Shown: positions 35,330 to 38,845 of the stretch, piece by piece | How the letters are laid out: each line of letters starts with the position of its first letter | Position numbering within the stretch: the first letter of the stretch is position 1 | NCBI GenBank assembly: GCA_024278215.1 | Contig: JAJRTR010000182.1 | Span: 62,001 to 100,845, forward strand | Direction: 5' to 3' | DNA length: 38,845 bases | Source of the DNA: a bacterium | Lineage (GTDB): Bacteria > UBP15 > UBA6099 > JAJRTR01 | Notes under the pieces: generated by a model | What the model was told of the DNA's origin: nothing | What the model saw: only the letters and a program-made list of their open reading frames with translations | Databases searched by the model: none | Program-made: the position numbers and the translations under genes

Positions 35330-36376
35330 AACGGGTTTCGAAGCTATTGGCCATTGAAAAGGCCTGTAACGATAGGCATATTTGTTTGCCCTGTATACTG
35401 ATACAGGTTGGTTGTCACAATGACGGCATAGTGCCCGTTGCATTGCCTTTGTCCAGCGACATGACGGAAACCGGAGACTTCTGTGGCTAATTCCTTGTCA
35501 AGGGGGTTAGGCAAATAAAGTTTCGGCAGCGTGTTCCGGCTATCTTCTTATTGCATGGCTATGCGTTGTACCGGGAAGCTCTGTCCTTCGCCGTGTTCAC
35601 CGTAATCAGATAGTCGGACGGGTAGTCTTCATCTCGGCATCTGCCGTGCCTCTGGGTGCCGACGTTGAGGTCTGATAACACTTCCCGTCACCCGCATAGT
35701 TCACAAGGACTACTATCCAGTGCCAGTCTGATGTACCCCATTTGGGGTGCTACCCCCACCTGCCAAATGCCATACACCCTTTACGGCTGCTGTCACGGAA
35801 CTGAATTCCGCTGTTCCCACAGGATTCCAGGCAGGGGAATTATTCCCGCTGGCCAGAGCCAACTAACCGGAATGACCAGTGTTCTTTTACGGTCTATGCA
35901 ACGTTATACGGGTTTGACACGTGTTTCCTTCCGAATCCGCTTGTTACTGGTTGCTTTCCGCTTCGATCCTATTGCAAAACAGGGGGTATCTGTCATATGT
36001 CACTATGCCCTGTACGGGGTCCTTTTCTGAGCGTTCCAACATGGTGTCAAAACTGTATATTGATGCATGGAAGGCACTGTTCCTGTATCTGACTACAGGT
36101 TTGACATGTGTCTGGCGGGCTGTAGCGTGGCACTGGACCTGTGCAGGGGTGCCTATGTTACACCATCAACGGGGCCAGTGCTATGCAACGTCTCTTTTAA
36201 TGTCCATAAAGAGCAGCATGGTGGCCGGACATAAGCACTGCCCGACCCCATGCAGAAAACTCAGGCATGGGAGCCGCGTGCATTTCCACATGCCCAATCA
36301 TTCAACAGTCCGAATGTATAAAACGGACCGGATTATGCTCTTTTTATGCTGTGGTTTCAGATAGGGAAAGTTGCCG

Positions 36377-36694
36377 TCAACGCAGTAGCAAGTTGACTTT
36401 CTGCTGTAGTTCGTACTGCATGTCGGAGTCTCTCAGACGTCTGTAGAACCCTTCAATGAAAAGGTCCTTGTCCGGCACGCCACCGAATTCCTCAATGAAT
36501 TCGGCAGTCTGATACTCGGGCCATATATCGTCGAAGTAATCCGAAGATATCTCATGCCCGTGCGCAGCTTTGGTGAGTTCACCGAAGTCAGTGCAGTTAT
36601 CAGGCCATTCGTCTGCGAACTCTTCACCAAGCCCAAGATTACGCTCAACGTAATCTCCTGCGGACCGCGACAATGCGTCGTCTCTGTTTCTCAT
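36377..36694 (-). CDS. acidic hypothetical protein, paralog 3 (105 aa)
   Basis: AAGGAG RBS before ATG 36694; shares DxGELTKAAxGHxIS and FGGVPDK..F.EGF with 36738-37049. Confidence 0.85.
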   Translation of the reverse strand: MRNRDDALSRSAGDYVERNLGLGEEFADEWPDNCTDFGELTKAAHGHEISSDYFDDIWPEYQTAEFIEEFGGVPDKDLFIEGFYRRLRDSDMQYELQQKVNLLLR

Positions 36695-36737
36695 AATGGC
36701 AATCTCCTTTCCGTGCAGTCCATGTGCACGATTCGTG

Positions 36738-37049
36738 TTACGACTGTTGCAGATCGAGAAGTATTCCGCATGCTCGGTCTCGCAGGTCATCCAGTTTGTT
36801 GTTGAAGCCTTCAAGGAATGCTCCCTTGTCGGGCACCCCGCCGAAGTCTTCCACAAATTCCTTCCGGCTCAGTTCATCCCAGATATACTCCGGGATATCC
36901 GATATAGGATGTCCTGCGGCGGCTTTCGTCAGTTCGCCGTAGTCGTTGCAATCCTCAAGCCATGGCCCGGCGTATTCTGGTCCGAGGTTACGACTCTGCT
37001 CCATGAACTCGTCCATGGATTCGATCAGGGTCTGTGTCCTGTTGGTCAT
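36738..37049 (-). CDS. acidic hypothetical protein, paralog 2 (103 aa)
   Basis: AAAGGAGGTG RBS before ATG 37049; paralogy with the downstream gene, with many synonymous differences. Confidence 0.87.
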   Translation of the reverse strand: MTNRTQTLIESMDEFMEQSRNLGPEYAGPWLEDCNDYGELTKAAAGHPISDIPEYIWDELSRKEFVEDFGGVPDKGAFLEGFNNKLDDLRDRACGILLDLQQS

Positions 37050-37136
37050 GTCAACACCTCCTTTCCCGTTAGGTTCATGATGATCTATTCCCTCCTCAAA
37101 CACCCATCCAGCGCATGAGATTTCTGGCTGACACTC

Positions 37137-37457
37137 TCACTGATCAGACTCGCGCAGGTCTTCCAGAGTCTCCTTTATCTCAGGGTACAAGTCGTCGAGG
37201 CCCAGCTCGATACCGATACAAACATGATCGAAGTCAGGTCGTCGTCCATGCTTGGCAATGAAGTCTTCCAGTAGTCCATAAAGCTCAAGATCATCCATTG
37301 TGTTTTCATGAACAATAGCTCCTGCACCTTTCAATGCGGCCTGATGCCAATCTTCGTCGTCCTGATGTTCTTCGAACATAGTCCGTGCGTAATTGAAACC
37401 TATCTCCTCACAGTCCATCATGAATGCAAACTGCTTATCTGTTTTCTGCTGTTCCAT
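37137..37457 (-). CDS. acidic hypothetical protein, distant paralog 1 (106 aa)
   Basis: DFIAKHGRRPDFDHVCIGIELGLDDL aligns without gaps to EFVEDFGGVPDKGAFLEGFNNKLDDL; similar length and charge. Confidence 0.75.
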   Translation of the reverse strand: MEQQKTDKQFAFMMDCEEIGFNYARTMFEEHQDDEDWHQAALKGAGAIVHENTMDDLELYGLLEDFIAKHGRRPDFDHVCIGIELGLDDLYPEIKETLEDLRESDQ

Positions 37458-37835
37458 TGTGTTCTGCGTGCTGTGTTTTTCCTTTCCAAAAGTTAAAAAC
37501 GACTCTCTCCTCTTTTTCGTCTATCAGGCGCACAGCCCCGATGCCGCTGCAGCCCCTGACCGTGTACTGCCTGCCGCTGGCCGCTGTTCCATGTTCTGGG
37601 TTTACCTCCTTTCTTCACCTTGAACTTTTCCCTTATCTCAACTGACCTTCTATCGAACCGTAGGCAAGAGCTTCTGAACTGAACAGCTACAGTGCTCTTC
37701 TATTACCGATGTACTATTAATGACTATATCCTCTTCAAAACGTTCGTCAGAGCTACAGCTATAGACTGTTGTACTGCATGTTGTATACTGTAAAGATAGG
37801 TTGTACGAAAACGTTGAGTAACTTCTGGAGCGTTC

Positions 37836-38600
37836 ATGCCTGGAAAGACACAAAAAGCTATACTCAATGCCCTGGTTAGACGGCCCAATGGAGTGAGACT
37901 TCAGGCATTATCTGAGGAACTTGGGATTGATGCCAGAATCCTGAACCCGCCGATTGCTCGGCTGGAGAAAGCAGGATATGTTGAGCGATTCAAGGGAACA
38001 TACAGAAAGAAGCAAAAACAGTACGTCAAGATAACAAAACCAAAAGGGCGAGACTTTCTTAGATACGGAAAGGATAATTCAACGTTTTTATCGGATCCGT
38101 CTGGTTACCGAGGGGTGTCGGTTTACAGGGAATCATTGGAATTATGGGAGGCTCTAAAGTTTAAGAAGGTTACCGTTGGACACGGGGAACGAGAGATATG
38201 GGACAAAGAGGAGAAGGTTAAGAAGACAATCCCCTTCATTAACCGGAAGCGTCCTATCAACATAGCCTTGAGAGACTTTGTGGATAAGTACAAGAACGTA
38301 GACATGTTTTTCACGCCAGCGGAGACATGGGTGGGAAAAGGGAGCGTATTGAATTTTATTCGTTCACACTGTTTATGGTTTTCATCTGATCTCCCACTGA
38401 ATAATAATGACCAACCGCTAACGGCAGTTAAAAGACATAGCATCATCGTTTCAAAGACACAGAGACTCATCAAGGATGAGCTTCATCCTTTCGCAATTAT
38501 TGAATCAGGATATGACTTTCATGTTTTGCTTATGGTGCAGAACTATATGAAGAATGATAAACGGTTAAATTTCAGGACTCCTGACCTGGGAGAAGGGTAG
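37836..38600 (+). CDS. winged-helix protein with a degenerate RepB/AEP primase-like C-terminal domain
   Basis: N-terminal ILNAL...LQALSEELGID...IARLEKAGYVER wHTH; C-terminal DMFFTP, CLWFSSD, PFAIIESGYDFHV, RLNFRTP; GGAG RBS. Confidence 0.7.
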   Translation: MPGKTQKAILNALVRRPNGVRLQALSEELGIDARILNPPIARLEKAGYVERFKGTYRKKQKQYVKITKPKGRDFLRYGKDNSTFLSDPSGYRGVSVYRESLELWEALKFKKVTVGHGEREIWDKEEKVKKTIPFINRKRPINIALRDFVDKYKNVDMFFTPAETWVGKGSVLNFIRSHCLWFSSDLPLNNNDQPLTAVKRHSIIVSKTQRLIKDELHPFAIIESGYDFHVLLMVQNYMKNDKRLNFRTPDLGEG

Positions 38601-38845
38601 AAAAGAGGGCATGGCGAGAGAGGCACACAAAAAAGCGTATGAATAAAGGAAAAATGTCGAGTGGAGAGAAAGATAACAAAATATGACGGGACGCTACAAA
38701 GGGAAAAAAGATATGATACAATATAGGGAACACATACAGCAGTGAGTGGGGGAAGATATGCCACAGATGATATTGCCGTTGTTTCCGGCGGAGGCCACCG
38801 CGATTAATGAACATCTGGCGTTCTGTAAAAAAGACGGCCAGGTAT

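Larger units (their letters stand above)
32048..38845. mobile_element. integrative element 2 at tRNA-Ala(TGC); far end outside the window
   Basis: Integrase and xis point toward the tRNA 3' end; tandem arm-like repeats at 32122-32144; accessory gene content; second att repeat not seen. Confidence 0.75.

Noticed and set aside
33563-35400. Canonical, splicing-competent group II intron around the RT
   Set aside because: No GUGYG start found in the leader, no complete domain V/VI after the ORF and no split exons. A highly divergent intron cannot be fully excluded without a covariance search.
35656-36364. ORFs of 124 and 147 aa in the RT upstream region
   Set aside because: GTG starts without RBS, Cys/His/Trp-rich non-protein-like composition, and they overlap the hairpin blocks.
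34934-36376. CRISPR array or regular tandem repeat upstream of the RT
   Set aside because: Repeated words are short (8-20 bp) and irregularly spaced; no repeat-spacer periodicity and no cas genes.
36377-37049. Diversity-generating retroelement with the two similar genes as TR/VR
   Set aside because: Differences involve all four bases, many at synonymous positions, plus an indel; not adenine-specific. The RT motifs are intron-like and no Avd-like gene was recognised.

Overview
Bacterial chromosomal window in three parts. (1) About 1-16.5 kb is host DNA: secreted and envelope proteins, a tandem-GT2 glycosyltransferase, rdgB, an HMGL-like aldolase, TetR, a GPH/MFS transporter, an MBL hydrolase, a SNF2+SWIM pair and a B12 radical SAM enzyme, peppered with several miniature inverted-repeat elements, one nested in another. 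(2) About 16.9-31.6 kb is a complete ~14.7 kb element integrated at the anticodon loop of tRNA-Leu(TAA). It carries a type I R-M system with an MNT-HEPN cassette inserted between hsdS and hsdR, a phosphatase + ADP-ribosylglycohydrolase pair, an HUH Rep-like gene, a Mor activator, zinc-ribbon proteins, a YidD homolog, xis and int; I found no GATC in it by eye. (3) From tRNA-Ala(TGC) at ~32.0 kb to the window end is a second, incomplete integrative element. The best candidate for a new system is here: an intact group II-like reverse transcriptase (YADD) sits directly upstream of xis-int without a recognisable splicing ribozyme (only a collapsed domain V-like hairpin), preceded by ~1.4 kb of hairpin-rich non-coding DNA and three paralogous acidic small proteins. 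Second best is an inverted tRNA 5'-half inside the first integrase gene that could give integration-state-dependent control of int mRNA. All calls come from reading motifs by eye; no database search was run.
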